A program made the position numbers and the translations under genes. From assembly GCA_964617075.1 (NCBI GenBank), contig CAZTVO010000002.1:1-44135 (forward strand): a stretch of DNA of 44,135 bases, written 5' to 3'. Of the stretch, positions 1-8,808 are shown one piece after another. The stretch is from an uncultured Jutongia sp. (lineage in GTDB: Bacteria; Bacillota; Clostridia; Lachnospirales; Lachnospiraceae). Numbering within the stretch: position 1 is the stretch's first letter; the number at the start of each line of letters is the position of its first letter. The notes beneath the pieces were generated by a model. That model worked only from the letters and a program-made list of their open reading frames with translations, had not been told where the DNA came from and ran no database searches.

Positions 1-116
1 AAAATGTTCTCATCGGCTGCTGAGCGGACAAGAAAGAAGCAACGAAAGACAGAGAGAAAAGGTGCTGTCAACCATTGACGCCTTTACAGAAATAGATTCT
101 TAATTTACCATCTGTA

Positions 117-145
117 TTGACACATAAAAAAATTTTTATTATAAT
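117..145 (+). promoter_or_regulatory. sigma-A promoter of the protease cassette
   Basis: Perfect consensus TTGACA (117-122), 17 nt spacer, TATAAT (140-145). Confidence 0.85.
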
Positions 146-256
146 GACTGTAATTTAAGAACATTGACATTGCAATGAAGGTTTAAAAAGGTACGAATGT
201 CATACCGACAGTATGTTTATTCGAACTTTCGCCGTTTGAAGAAAAGGGGGATTTTT

Positions 257-880
257 ATGAAAAAGGCAAAAAAGAAGACCATTGGATCGATGTCGAAAAT
301 GTTGTTGCTGTTTGCCGCATCGTTTTCGTTGTCATTCTGCCTTGCAGACAGGGCCGCGGCCATAGTCTTTCCAAATTGGTATTCCGATCAAACTACAGTT
401 GGATTTTGGAGTAGCGATCCGCATGTTTTTTTAACTAATCTAAACAGTAGCATGGAAATCTCGTCATATTTGAACAGTGCCGTTAACAAATGGAAAAATG
501 CTGGGATATCCTCATCGATCACGACAACTCCCTCATCTGCGCAAATAAAATTTTATAGTGGGACAAAAGCTGAACTGAATGCGATTGGCTTCACATATAC
601 AAGTAAAAATGTTGGGGATACCGTATGGAGTTCATCTACGACGGCATCGAATGAGGGGTCCATATACACTGTAAAAAGGCTGTCCTCCGTGATGGCTTCG
701 GCGTGCAAGGCGAGCAACTATCCAGCGCACGTCGTATTGCACGAGTACGGCCACGCGTTGGGCTGGTATGGCCACTCCAGCAATTCGAAAGATGTAATGT
801 ACACATACGAAGAGGATATAACAACTCTTACGTCAAGGGATAAGAATCAGCTTATACAAGTCTATAACGAAATGAGGTGA
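257..880 (+). CDS. Secreted matrixin-like (metzincin, M10-like) zinc metalloprotease
   Basis: HEYGHALGWYGH zinc motif followed by Met-turn (DVMY); signal peptide ending in AAA; ATG at 257 follows the RBS AAGGGGG, preferred over the track start at 197. Confidence 0.85.
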   Translation: MKKAKKKTIGSMSKMLLLFAASFSLSFCLADRAAAIVFPNWYSDQTTVGFWSSDPHVFLTNLNSSMEISSYLNSAVNKWKNAGISSSITTTPSSAQIKFYSGTKAELNAIGFTYTSKNVGDTVWSSSTTASNEGSIYTVKRLSSVMASACKASNYPAHVVLHEYGHALGWYGHSSNSKDVMYTYEEDITTLTSRDKNQLIQVYNEMR

Positions 881-887
881 CGTTTCT

Positions 888-1784
888 ATAAAGAAAAAAC
901 TGGCAGCATGCATTGTTGTGTTGAGCATTTTTGCGGGTTTTTTGTGTGCAAATGTTAAGAACAATATCCGTTATGAAAAGGAATCAGACAAGGTATATCA
1001 CCAGACGGCTATGGAATATAGCAGTTTTGACGATATATTGGAAAGTGCGGACGTCATATTGACTGGCGAGATCAAAAATATTTCGTCACATCCGGATTAT
1101 GATGAATATGACGTCCAGGTTTCTTCTGTAAAAAAAGGAAATGTAGGTGATTCTGTCGATGTGCGCAACTACTTTTTCGAGTATACCTACGAATACAATA
1201 ACGTTCAAGGCGAAGGAAGAACAAGCACAGAGTATGAAATAGGCGAAAGCTATGTCTTTATTCTGCAGTGCATTGAAAATGTATATGAAAAGCGTTACGT
1301 CATAATCTCAGATGCATATATACCGATTTCGAATGACGGCGTCAGCACTGTTTTGTCAAATGAGATAAAAGGCGTTGGCGATCCTGTTTCGTACATAAAT
1401 TCGTATGAATTTAACAACGAAAGCGGCGATGGAAGAAATTTGAGCCTAGATTACATTAAAAGCAGTGATTTAAAGGAAATAGCTGAAAAGTCGGATTATA
1501 TTGTCAAGGTACGTCTTAAGGAATTATACCATTCCACTGATGTGGTGGATGTGTACTCATGTGACGTTTTGCAGGATTTAAAAGGAAAGATCCATATGGA
1601 CGGGGACAGCCGAATAATAATTCCTTTCTTCAAAAAAACGGTCAAAGCTGACGAAGAATACGTCGTCCTCTTAAATACTGACAGCAAAGATTCCAATATA
1701 TACATGTTATCGTCAAAAAATAGCGTCTATGATGCTGCGGATGGCGAAAAGTTTGTAAGTATGTTGAAAGGTGAAAAGCGATGA
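888..1784 (+). CDS. Exported protein with two internal repeats resembling TIMP/NTR-like OB-fold domains
   Basis: ORF 918-1784 extends in frame to ATA at 888, which follows GAGGTGA by 7 nt, giving an N-terminus (M)KKKLAACIVVLSIFAGFLC; paired motifs SADVILTGEI/KSDYIVKVRL, YDVQVSSVKKG/YSCDVLQDLKG, GESYVFIL/DEEYVVLL. Confidence 0.65.
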   Translation: MKKKLAACIVVLSIFAGFLCANVKNNIRYEKESDKVYHQTAMEYSSFDDILESADVILTGEIKNISSHPDYDEYDVQVSSVKKGNVGDSVDVRNYFFEYTYEYNNVQGEGRTSTEYEIGESYVFILQCIENVYEKRYVIISDAYIPISNDGVSTVLSNEIKGVGDPVSYINSYEFNNESGDGRNLSLDYIKSSDLKEIAEKSDYIVKVRLKELYHSTDVVDVYSCDVLQDLKGKIHMDGDSRIIIPFFKKTVKADEEYVVLLNTDSKDSNIYMLSSKNSVYDAADGEKFVSMLKGEKR

Positions 1785-2698
1785 ATAAATATATAAAATC
1801 TCTAATTGCCCTACTTGCGGCCGCCGCGGCGCTTGCAAGCTGCGGCAAATCGGACGGGGGTTCTAAAGAGTCAAAAACCGACTTAAGCAGCGCGGCCGTT
1901 GAGACGGACGAACCCTCACAGGATTCGGCAGAGGAAGATGGGATATACTTACCATCAATATACAAGGAGGACGTTTCCCTTGAAGTAGACCCCATGCAAC
2001 AGTACAGCGGCAGCGAGCTTTGGCATGACGAGAGAATGTACGAAAGCGCCAGCATTAGACAGTATGAGAATCCAATCGACATGTCAGACTATGAAGAAAT
2101 CGGCAAGGTATATGGAAATGGCGGCATTTATTGGGCCGATGGCGAGGACATGCTTGCGCAAGCCACAGGCGAGGCCGTCTTGTATAAAGTCGATGGATAT
2201 GACGAGAAGGACATTGTATGCATGTATTTTGAAAACACCACTTTAGGCAAAGATACATACTACGAATTGCGTTATTTTATCTGCCTTAACGGGATATACG
2301 TTAAGACGGGCAAGGACGTATATGAAGACAGGCTTCACATTGAAAATTTTGACCGCGTCTCCATTTCGAAAAAATCGTCTGACGATCCTGGCAAGGTTGA
2401 ATCTTACGACGTATCCGGCAAAAGCGAGATAGATACTCTTTTTGACAAGCTCTTTAAAAGCGAAATATTGGATTTGGATACGGCAAAAGATAACTGGCAT
2501 CATTTCGTGGACGACGGCGTAAAGAGGCGCATATTGAGATTTGAGGATAAAAATGGCGAGACCATATTTGAGTTGAACGTGTTTGAAAATGGCTATGTAT
2601 GCAGCAACGACCTTGGCAGCAACTGCATCATGAACAAACTGGACAAAAAGGCGTGCGGCGACGTTATCAGCCTTTTTAAAAGGGAACGGTCAAGCTAG
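1781..2698 (+). CDS. Lipoprotein of unknown function
   Basis: Lipobox LASC, acidic Ser-rich tether, ATGA overlap with upstream gene. Confidence 0.8.
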   Translation: MNKYIKSLIALLAAAAALASCGKSDGGSKESKTDLSSAAVETDEPSQDSAEEDGIYLPSIYKEDVSLEVDPMQQYSGSELWHDERMYESASIRQYENPIDMSDYEEIGKVYGNGGIYWADGEDMLAQATGEAVLYKVDGYDEKDIVCMYFENTTLGKDTYYELRYFICLNGIYVKTGKDVYEDRLHIENFDRVSISKKSSDDPGKVESYDVSGKSEIDTLFDKLFKSEILDLDTAKDNWHHFVDDGVKRRILRFEDKNGETIFELNVFENGYVCSNDLGSNCIMNKLDKKACGDVISLFKRERSS

Positions 2699-2708
2699 GC
2701 ATGAAGGA

Positions 2709-2749
2709 AAAAACGGGAGCGCCGTCATCTAAACGGCGCTCCCGTTTTT
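2709..2749. terminator. Bidirectional rho-independent terminator
   Basis: AAAAACGGGAGCGCCGT / ACGGCGCTCCCGTTTTT inverted repeat between convergent genes. Confidence 0.9.
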
Positions 2750-2804
2750 ATTCGTTTTTTATGCATCCCGACGTGAAAAACAGGAACGATCACTTCTTGG
2801 GGGA

Positions 2805-4028
2805 TTATTTCAAATATTTTTTAAGAGCGTCAACTTTGTCCAGTTTTTCCCATGACAGCTCGACGTCGTCGCGTCCAAAATGGCCGTACGCAGCCGTCTG
2901 TCTGTATATAGGGTGCCTTAAATCAAGCATTTTTATTATGCCGGCAGGACGAAGGTCGAAGTTTTCGCGTATTATGTCCACAAGCTTTTCATCGCTTACT
3001 TTGCCTGTTCCAAATGAATCGGCCATGACTGATGTGGGCTGCGCGACGCCTATGGCGTATGAAAGCTGTATTTCGCATTTGTCGGCAAGTCCGGCCGCCA
3101 CGATATTTTTTGCGACGTAGCGCGCGGCGTATGACGCGGAACGGTCGACTTTCGTGCAGTCCTTGCCGGAAAACGCGCCGCCGCCATGACGCGCGTATCC
3201 GCCGTACGTATCAACGATAATCTTGCGTCCCGTAAGCCCGCTGTCGCCATTAGGGCCTCCTATTACAAATCTTCCCGTAGGATTGATGAAATATTTCGTT
3301 TTCTCATCCGTCAAGCTGCTCGGAATCACCTCGTCTATGACGTATTTGCGTATGTCTTCGTGAAGCTTTTCCTGAGATATGTCTTTTGCGTGCTGCGATG
3401 ATATCACGACCGCGTCGATATGGACAGGCTTGCCGTTTTCGTCGTATTCCACGGTAACCTGGCTTTTGCCGTCCGGGCGCAGATAGTCAAGCGTGCCGTT
3501 TTTGCGCACTTCAGTGAGTTTTCTAGTAAGCTTGTGCGCCAGAGAAATCGGATATGGCATATATTCGTCCGTCTCGTTGCTTGCAAATCCAAACATTAAA
3601 CCCTGGTCGCCCGCGCCTATCGCCTCAAGCTCCTCGTCGGTCATCTGGTTTTCACCGGCGCCGGAATTTTTTTCAGTGCCGCCAAGCTTCGCCTCAAGCG
3701 CCTTGTCGACGCCTAACGCTATGTCGGCGGACTGTTTGTCAAGCAGAACTTTTACTTCGCACGTATCGCAATTAAATCCTTTTTCGTCGTCGTCATATCC
3801 AATTTCGCGAATAGTGTCGCGCGCTATTTTTTCGTAGTCGATGTCGGCTTTTGTGGTGATTTCGCCCATAATCAAAACAAAGTCGGTGGTAATTGCCGTT
3901 TCGCAGGCCACCCGGCTCATAGGATCTTTGCTGACGAGGGCGTCAAGTATCGCATCCGAAATGTTGTCGCATATTTTGTCGGGATGCCCCTCCGTGACCG
4001 ATTCAGAAGTAAACAATCTTTTTTCCAT
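2805..4028 (-). CDS. metK: S-adenosylmethionine synthetase
   Basis: [28 protein letters not shown] motifs; start moved to MEKRLF with RBS AGAGG. Confidence 0.98.
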   Translation of the reverse strand: MEKRLFTSESVTEGHPDKICDNISDAILDALVSKDPMSRVACETAITTDFVLIMGEITTKADIDYEKIARDTIREIGYDDDEKGFNCDTCEVKVLLDKQSADIALGVDKALEAKLGGTEKNSGAGENQMTDEELEAIGAGDQGLMFGFASNETDEYMPYPISLAHKLTRKLTEVRKNGTLDYLRPDGKSQVTVEYDENGKPVHIDAVVISSQHAKDISQEKLHEDIRKYVIDEVIPSSLTDEKTKYFINPTGRFVIGGPNGDSGLTGRKIIVDTYGGYARHGGGAFSGKDCTKVDRSASYAARYVAKNIVAAGLADKCEIQLSYAIGVAQPTSVMADSFGTGKVSDEKLVDIIRENFDLRPAGIIKMLDLRHPIYRQTAAYGHFGRDDVELSWEKLDKVDALKKYLK

Positions 4029-4153
4029 AGCATAACCTCTTTTCCCGCCGCCTCCCGGTTGACGCGCGATACATGCGGGCGGCTTTTTTTGCATGCATCG
4101 CGCTTTAAACAAATAGCAGAATTTAAAAATCTCTAAGTAATCTTTATTTTAGG

Positions 4154-4188
4154 AAAAAAAGAAGCCCGTCAAACAATTTGACGGACTT
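4154..4188 (-). terminator. Intrinsic terminator of the riboswitch expression platform
   Basis: Minus-strand hairpin AAGTCCGTCAAA/TTTGACGGGCTT followed by a U-run, just downstream of the aptamer. Confidence 0.85.
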
Positions 4189-4201
4189 GACATTTCAACT
4201 C

Positions 4202-4297
4202 CTCTTATTGTTCGATTTCTCGCTCAGATTGGCACCTTCCTGCCGGGGGTTGCCGTGGTTTCACAGAGCCTTAACTCTCCGCCACTCTTAATAAGAG
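4202..4297 (-). ncRNA. SAM-I (S-box) riboswitch
   Basis: Minus strand CUCUUAUUAAGAG-UGGCGGAGAG...GAAACCACGGCAACC...GGUGCCAA...AAUAAGAG, upstream of metK. Confidence 0.92.
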
Positions 4298-4327
4298 ATT
4301 TTATAGTATTCTGTTGTTTATGCTACC

Positions 4328-4356
4328 ACTATATATGCATATGGCGGCCTTGTCAA
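4328..4356 (-). promoter_or_regulatory. sigma-A promoter of metK
   Basis: TTGACA-17-TATAGT on the minus strand. Confidence 0.8.
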
Positions 4357-4471
4357 GCATAATTTGGACAGCGGCCACACATTTATATAAGTAATTCATA
4401 GTAACACCTTGGCATTCCAAAAATAAAAAAGTTTGTTCTGCCTCGCGCGGGCGGCGCCCCTCAAAAAACTG

Positions 4472-4500
4472 TTGCACAATTTAACGTACAATAATAAAAT
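4472..4500 (+). promoter_or_regulatory. Putative sigma-A promoter of the fliB-like operon
   Basis: TTGCAC-17-TAAAAT. Confidence 0.6.
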
Positions 4501-4536
4501 GATGTAGGACGGCGGATTTTATTTGGAGGCATTCCC

Positions 4537-5781
4537 ATGCTATATTATTATCCTGACTATTTTTACGATTTTAAATGCGAGGGCGGCGTTGAATGTCCCG
4601 ACAGCTGCTGCCATGTGTGGAAGATAGAGGTGGACGCGCCCACTTTAAAAAAATACGGCAAAGTGTCCGGGCAGCTCGGACGGAGGATGGCTGAAAAGAT
4701 AGATAAAAAGACGGGCGTCATAACGCCGCACGGAGAGGAAAACAGATGCGAGTTTTTAAATGACGACAATTTATGCGACATAATCCTGACTTTGGGGGAG
4801 GATTATTTGTGCCAGACGTGCAGGACGCACCCTAGGCATGAAGAAGAGTACCGCAACGTGCGCGAGCGCTCGATAGCGATTTCGTGTCCTGTCGCGTGTC
4901 GGAGGCTGCTGCTTAGGGAGGAGCCCGTGGCGATATTGTCGGACAGCGATTCTAAGACGGATCGGCGCGACAGGTATTTTGACGCGCCGCTTTTTGAGCA
5001 GATTTTGTACGTGCGCGACAGACTGCTTGAAATAGCGCAGAACAGGAGATTGCGCGTAGGCAGCCGCATGGCTCTCGCGCTTGGCTTGGCGCACGACGTC
5101 GAAAGGCGGCTGCGGACGAGGCGGGAAAGGAAGGGACGCGGGCCTTTTAAGAAGCATCCCAAATTTGGCGATGAGGAAAAAGAAAAAATAATAAGGCTTT
5201 CTGACGCGTATTGCAAAGCGGACGCGGACGCGTGTAAGCTTCTTTTGGAGCGCGTGAAAAAAAAGGCAGGCGGGGCAAAAGACGTCGTCGCCTGGAGCGC
5301 GTCAGGAGGCGACGCGCCGCCCAAAGATATCTTGACGGACATGATTTTTGCGCTCAGCACATTGGAGCCGTTAAAAAAAAGCTGGATTCCGTATCTTTAC
5401 AGCACAATAAATATAAGAAATGAGATGACGGACGATGAATACCGCGACGCGCGGCGCGAATTTGAAAACGCGATAACGGACGCGCAGCTTGAGCAGCTCC
5501 TTTTTTATTTCATTTATCTTTACTGCTGCGGCTCGGCGTACGACGGGATGCTTCTCGCGAAGATAAAGATGGCCGTTTCAAATACCGTGCTTATACGCGA
5601 GCTATGGCTTATGAAATGGCTTGAGGACGACGGACGGCTTACGATAGACGGTCAGGCGTGGATAGCGCATGAGTTTGTGCGCGAGATAGAAAATTCGGAT
5701 GAAAACATTGAGCAGTGGGACAGTCTGATGCAGAGGAATCCCAGGTTTTCATTAAAGCGGCTCATGAGCGTCTTAACGTAA
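4537..5781 (+). CDS. fliB: FliB-family (flagellin lysine-N-methylase-like) Fe-S protein
   Basis: N-terminal PDYF..FKC.G..CPDSCC..W.I..D, then RCEFLNDDNLC, LCQTCRTHPR and SCP cysteine clusters. Confidence 0.8.
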   Translation: MLYYYPDYFYDFKCEGGVECPDSCCHVWKIEVDAPTLKKYGKVSGQLGRRMAEKIDKKTGVITPHGEENRCEFLNDDNLCDIILTLGEDYLCQTCRTHPRHEEEYRNVRERSIAISCPVACRRLLLREEPVAILSDSDSKTDRRDRYFDAPLFEQILYVRDRLLEIAQNRRLRVGSRMALALGLAHDVERRLRTRRERKGRGPFKKHPKFGDEEKEKIIRLSDAYCKADADACKLLLERVKKKAGGAKDVVAWSASGGDAPPKDILTDMIFALSTLEPLKKSWIPYLYSTINIRNEMTDDEYRDARREFENAITDAQLEQLLFYFIYLYCCGSAYDGMLLAKIKMAVSNTVLIRELWLMKWLEDDGRLTIDGQAWIAHEFVREIENSDENIEQWDSLMQRNPRFSLKRLMSVLT

Positions 5782-5788
5782 GACGATA

Positions 5789-6706
5789 ATGATGGAGGTA
5801 ATCCGCTTGGAATACAAAATATTGGAGCGAGACGCGAAATTGGGCGATTTTGCCTCTCTTGGCACGCTTGAGGAAAGGCAAAAAAAGCTCGAGGAGCTTG
5901 ACATAAGGGACGCTTTCGGATATCCGCTTACATGGTGTCCGTCGGCCATACCCAAAAAGCTTTTGGACGATATAGACGCGATGTACGGCAATATATCCGT
6001 TACGGACATAGATACCGACATTTCGATTGAAACGGAGTCTTTCCACAGCTGCCGCATAGAAGGCGCGGATACTACGATAGACGAGCTTTTTGATATTTTT
6101 AGGGCAAAGCGCACGTCCTCAAAGGGCGATAAAATGATTTTAAATACGTACAGGGCGGTAAAGTATCTAAACCTTACCGGCAAGCGCAACGTCAACACGC
6201 TTGTGCGTCTTTTTAAAATAGTTACGGACGGCGTGTGCGACAATCCCGGGCTTTCGGGCGAAAAGTACCGGACGGGTGTGGTGACAGTAGGGACGCATCA
6301 GGCTCCGGACGTGGAGATGCTTGACTACTGCATGAAGCAGTTTTTTGATTTTTATAACGGCGACAACATCGAGTCGCCTTATATTAAGGCCGCCGTAATA
6401 CATTTTTACTTCGTGTATATGCATCCGTTCTGCGACGGAAACGGGCGCATAGCCAGGCTTTTGACGTCCGATTTTTTGATACGCTCGGGCTTAAACAATT
6501 TCAGCGCGCTCACGCTTAGCAAGACGATAAACGAGACCGCCCCGCAGTACTACAAGTCGCTTGAGAACAGCGAAAATATGTTTCATGACGTTACCCCGTT
6601 TATACAATATATCTTAAAGACCGTCTATGACAATTTATATGAGGAGCTTAAGGAACAGGACAGATATGTAGTAAAATACACCGATTGGGAGAGGGTGTTT
6701 GAATGA
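5789..6706 (+). CDS. Fic-domain AMPylase, class II (N-terminal inhibitory helix)
   Basis: Canonical HPFCDGNGRIAR; inhibitory motif SCRIEG upstream. Confidence 0.92.
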   Translation: MMEVIRLEYKILERDAKLGDFASLGTLEERQKKLEELDIRDAFGYPLTWCPSAIPKKLLDDIDAMYGNISVTDIDTDISIETESFHSCRIEGADTTIDELFDIFRAKRTSSKGDKMILNTYRAVKYLNLTGKRNVNTLVRLFKIVTDGVCDNPGLSGEKYRTGVVTVGTHQAPDVEMLDYCMKQFFDFYNGDNIESPYIKAAVIHFYFVYMHPFCDGNGRIARLLTSDFLIRSGLNNFSALTLSKTINETAPQYYKSLENSENMFHDVTPFIQYILKTVYDNLYEELKEQDRYVVKYTDWERVFE

Positions 6707-8808
6707 ACGCCGGCATAAGCGGCCTTTCCGCAAAAACAAAAAGGGCGTATCTGCTAATAGGCTCTTTGGCATTTGTATTGATTTCCGCGTTTTTCACGTA
6801 TCTGCAGCCGTTAAATAACGTGGACTATATCGTCAGCGATTTCTTTTATAGAACGATTCTTGGGGAGGCAAAGGAAAGCGATTCAAATATAAAAATAATC
6901 GCGGTAGATGAAAAGACGGTAGACGCGTTTGGAAATTTTGAAAGCTGGTCAAGGAGCGAGGCGGCCGCGCTTTTGGATACGCTAAACGGCGAGGGCGCTC
7001 CGGACGTGGTCGCGTTTGGCCTGGACTGCCATGACTCAAAAGACGAGGAGGGGGACGAAAAGTTCGCGGCCGCGTGCGCCAAATACGGAAACGTCTGCGC
7101 GAGCGCGTACGCGTCGACAAAAGAGGCGCCTGACGCGCCAGCCGCGACGCTGCCGACGGTAAAGTCCGCGGCGGACGGGAAAAATGACGGAAAGATGCGC
7201 AGCTATAACGGACGTCTGGCCGACATTCCCAAAAATACGATTGGCGGGGATAAAATCACAAATATAAGGTTTCCATACGAGGAGCTTCTTCCATACGTTC
7301 GCGTCGGCATAATGAATACGAGCCGCAATGCCGACGACGGGTACGCCAGAAACGTGATAGCGGGCGTCAATTATAAAGACGTCGATTATGACAGCTTTGC
7401 CGTCGCGGTCTATAAGATGTATTACGACGCGCGGGGAAAGGAGTACGATATTCCCGCCGTCGACGACCGCAACATGTTTGGAATCAACTACACGAGAAAC
7501 AACAGCGAATACGACGTATATTCATTTTACGACGTTGTAAACGGCGAGGTGGATCCGGACGAATTTAAAGACGGCATAGTGCTTGTGGGAGATTACACCG
7601 AGGGAGGCACTTTCAACGTTCCGAATGGCGGCGGGGCGCAGATAAGAGAGATCGAGCTTCAGGCGAATATAATAAACGCCTTGATTAACGACAATACCAT
7701 ATTGTTTGCGAAGAAGTGGTTTCTGGCAATATGGTATTCCATTTTTGCCGTCCTTTTCTTTATAGGCACCTCCTACAGCAGCAGGATAGGAACTCTTTTG
7801 TACGCTGTGTTTCTTATAGCGCTGCAGGTTCTTTCAAACGGTTTTTTGAACTTTCGCGGAATATACATACCGCTGCTGCGCTTTATAATATTGATTGTGG
7901 CCATTGCCGTAGTAAATCTTGTCGCCAGCTATGTAGTATTAAATCGCAATAAGTCGTCGCTTGAGGACGTGTTTAAAAAATATGTTGACGAACAGGTTGT
8001 AAACGAGATAGTAAAGACCGGCGGCATGAATACTTCGATAGGAGGCATCAGAAAAGATATTGCGGTGCTTTTTGTTGATATAAGGGGATTTACGTCGCTT
8101 TCGGAAAATCTCGCGCCCGAATACGTGGTGGATATTTTAAACAGCTACTTGACGATAATTGCCAATGCCGTGTCGAAAAACGGGGGAACGCTCGATAAAT
8201 TCATAGGCGACGCGGCGATGGCCGTTTTCAACTCTCCCGCCGATCTGGACGATTACGTATTCAGATGCGTATGCACCGCCTGGGAGATAATTTCCGGCGC
8301 CGAAGATCTTATGGCGGAGTGCCTTGAAAAGTACGACGTGGAGGTAGCCTTTGGAATAGGAATACATTGCGGCGATGCCGTAATAGGCAACATAGGCAGC
8401 CAGACCAGAATGGACTATACCGCTATAGGCGACACTGTGAATACGGCGTCGCGGCTCGAGGGCGCCGCCGAGAGGGGACAGGTGCTTATAAGCGACGAGG
8501 TGATGTATAGGCTTGGCGACAGGATTGAGACGGCCTTTTCCGACGAGTTGAAGCTTAAAGGCAAAAAAAACAAGGTGGCGGCCTATGAACTGACGGGCAT
8601 AAACGACGTAATAACTCCGGTAGAGAAGGAGAATGTAATCGAGGACATTTATAAAAAGGGACTGGAGGAAGCGGAAAAGATACGGAAAAAGGGAAACAGG
8701 GGCGTAAAGGAGCTTAAAAGAATAAGACGGAGGGCAAAGCGGGAACTTAGGGCGCTTAATGGCCGACGTGACGGAAGAGTATATGGGATGAAGGAGAGGG
8801 GAAATTGA
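6703..8808 (+). CDS. CHASE2-domain transmembrane class III adenylate cyclase
   Basis: N-terminal TM, CHASE2-like region (IKIIAVDEKT, WSRS, GIVLVG, ELQANII), three TMs, cyclase motifs LFVDIRGFT, DKFIGDA, DYTAIGDTVNTASRLE. Confidence 0.93.
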   Translation: MNAGISGLSAKTKRAYLLIGSLAFVLISAFFTYLQPLNNVDYIVSDFFYRTILGEAKESDSNIKIIAVDEKTVDAFGNFESWSRSEAAALLDTLNGEGAPDVVAFGLDCHDSKDEEGDEKFAAACAKYGNVCASAYASTKEAPDAPAATLPTVKSAADGKNDGKMRSYNGRLADIPKNTIGGDKITNIRFPYEELLPYVRVGIMNTSRNADDGYARNVIAGVNYKDVDYDSFAVAVYKMYYDARGKEYDIPAVDDRNMFGINYTRNNSEYDVYSFYDVVNGEVDPDEFKDGIVLVGDYTEGGTFNVPNGGGAQIREIELQANIINALINDNTILFAKKWFLAIWYSIFAVLFFIGTSYSSRIGTLLYAVFLIALQVLSNGFLNFRGIYIPLLRFIILIVAIAVVNLVASYVVLNRNKSSLEDVFKKYVDEQVVNEIVKTGGMNTSIGGIRKDIAVLFVDIRGFTSLSENLAPEYVVDILNSYLTIIANAVSKNGGTLDKFIGDAAMAVFNSPADLDDYVFRCVCTAWEIISGAEDLMAECLEKYDVEVAFGIGIHCGDAVIGNIGSQTRMDYTAIGDTVNTASRLEGAAERGQVLISDEVMYRLGDRIETAFSDELKLKGKKNKVAAYELTGINDVITPVEKENVIEDIYKKGLEEAEKIRKKGNRGVKELKRIRRRAKRELRALNGRRDGRVYGMKERGN

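Noticed and set aside
1-105. Possible gene tail or mobile-element end
   Set aside because: Too short; no recognisable motif or terminal repeat
197-256. Longer N-terminus for the protease
   Set aside because: ATG at 257 has the RBS and begins a typical signal peptide
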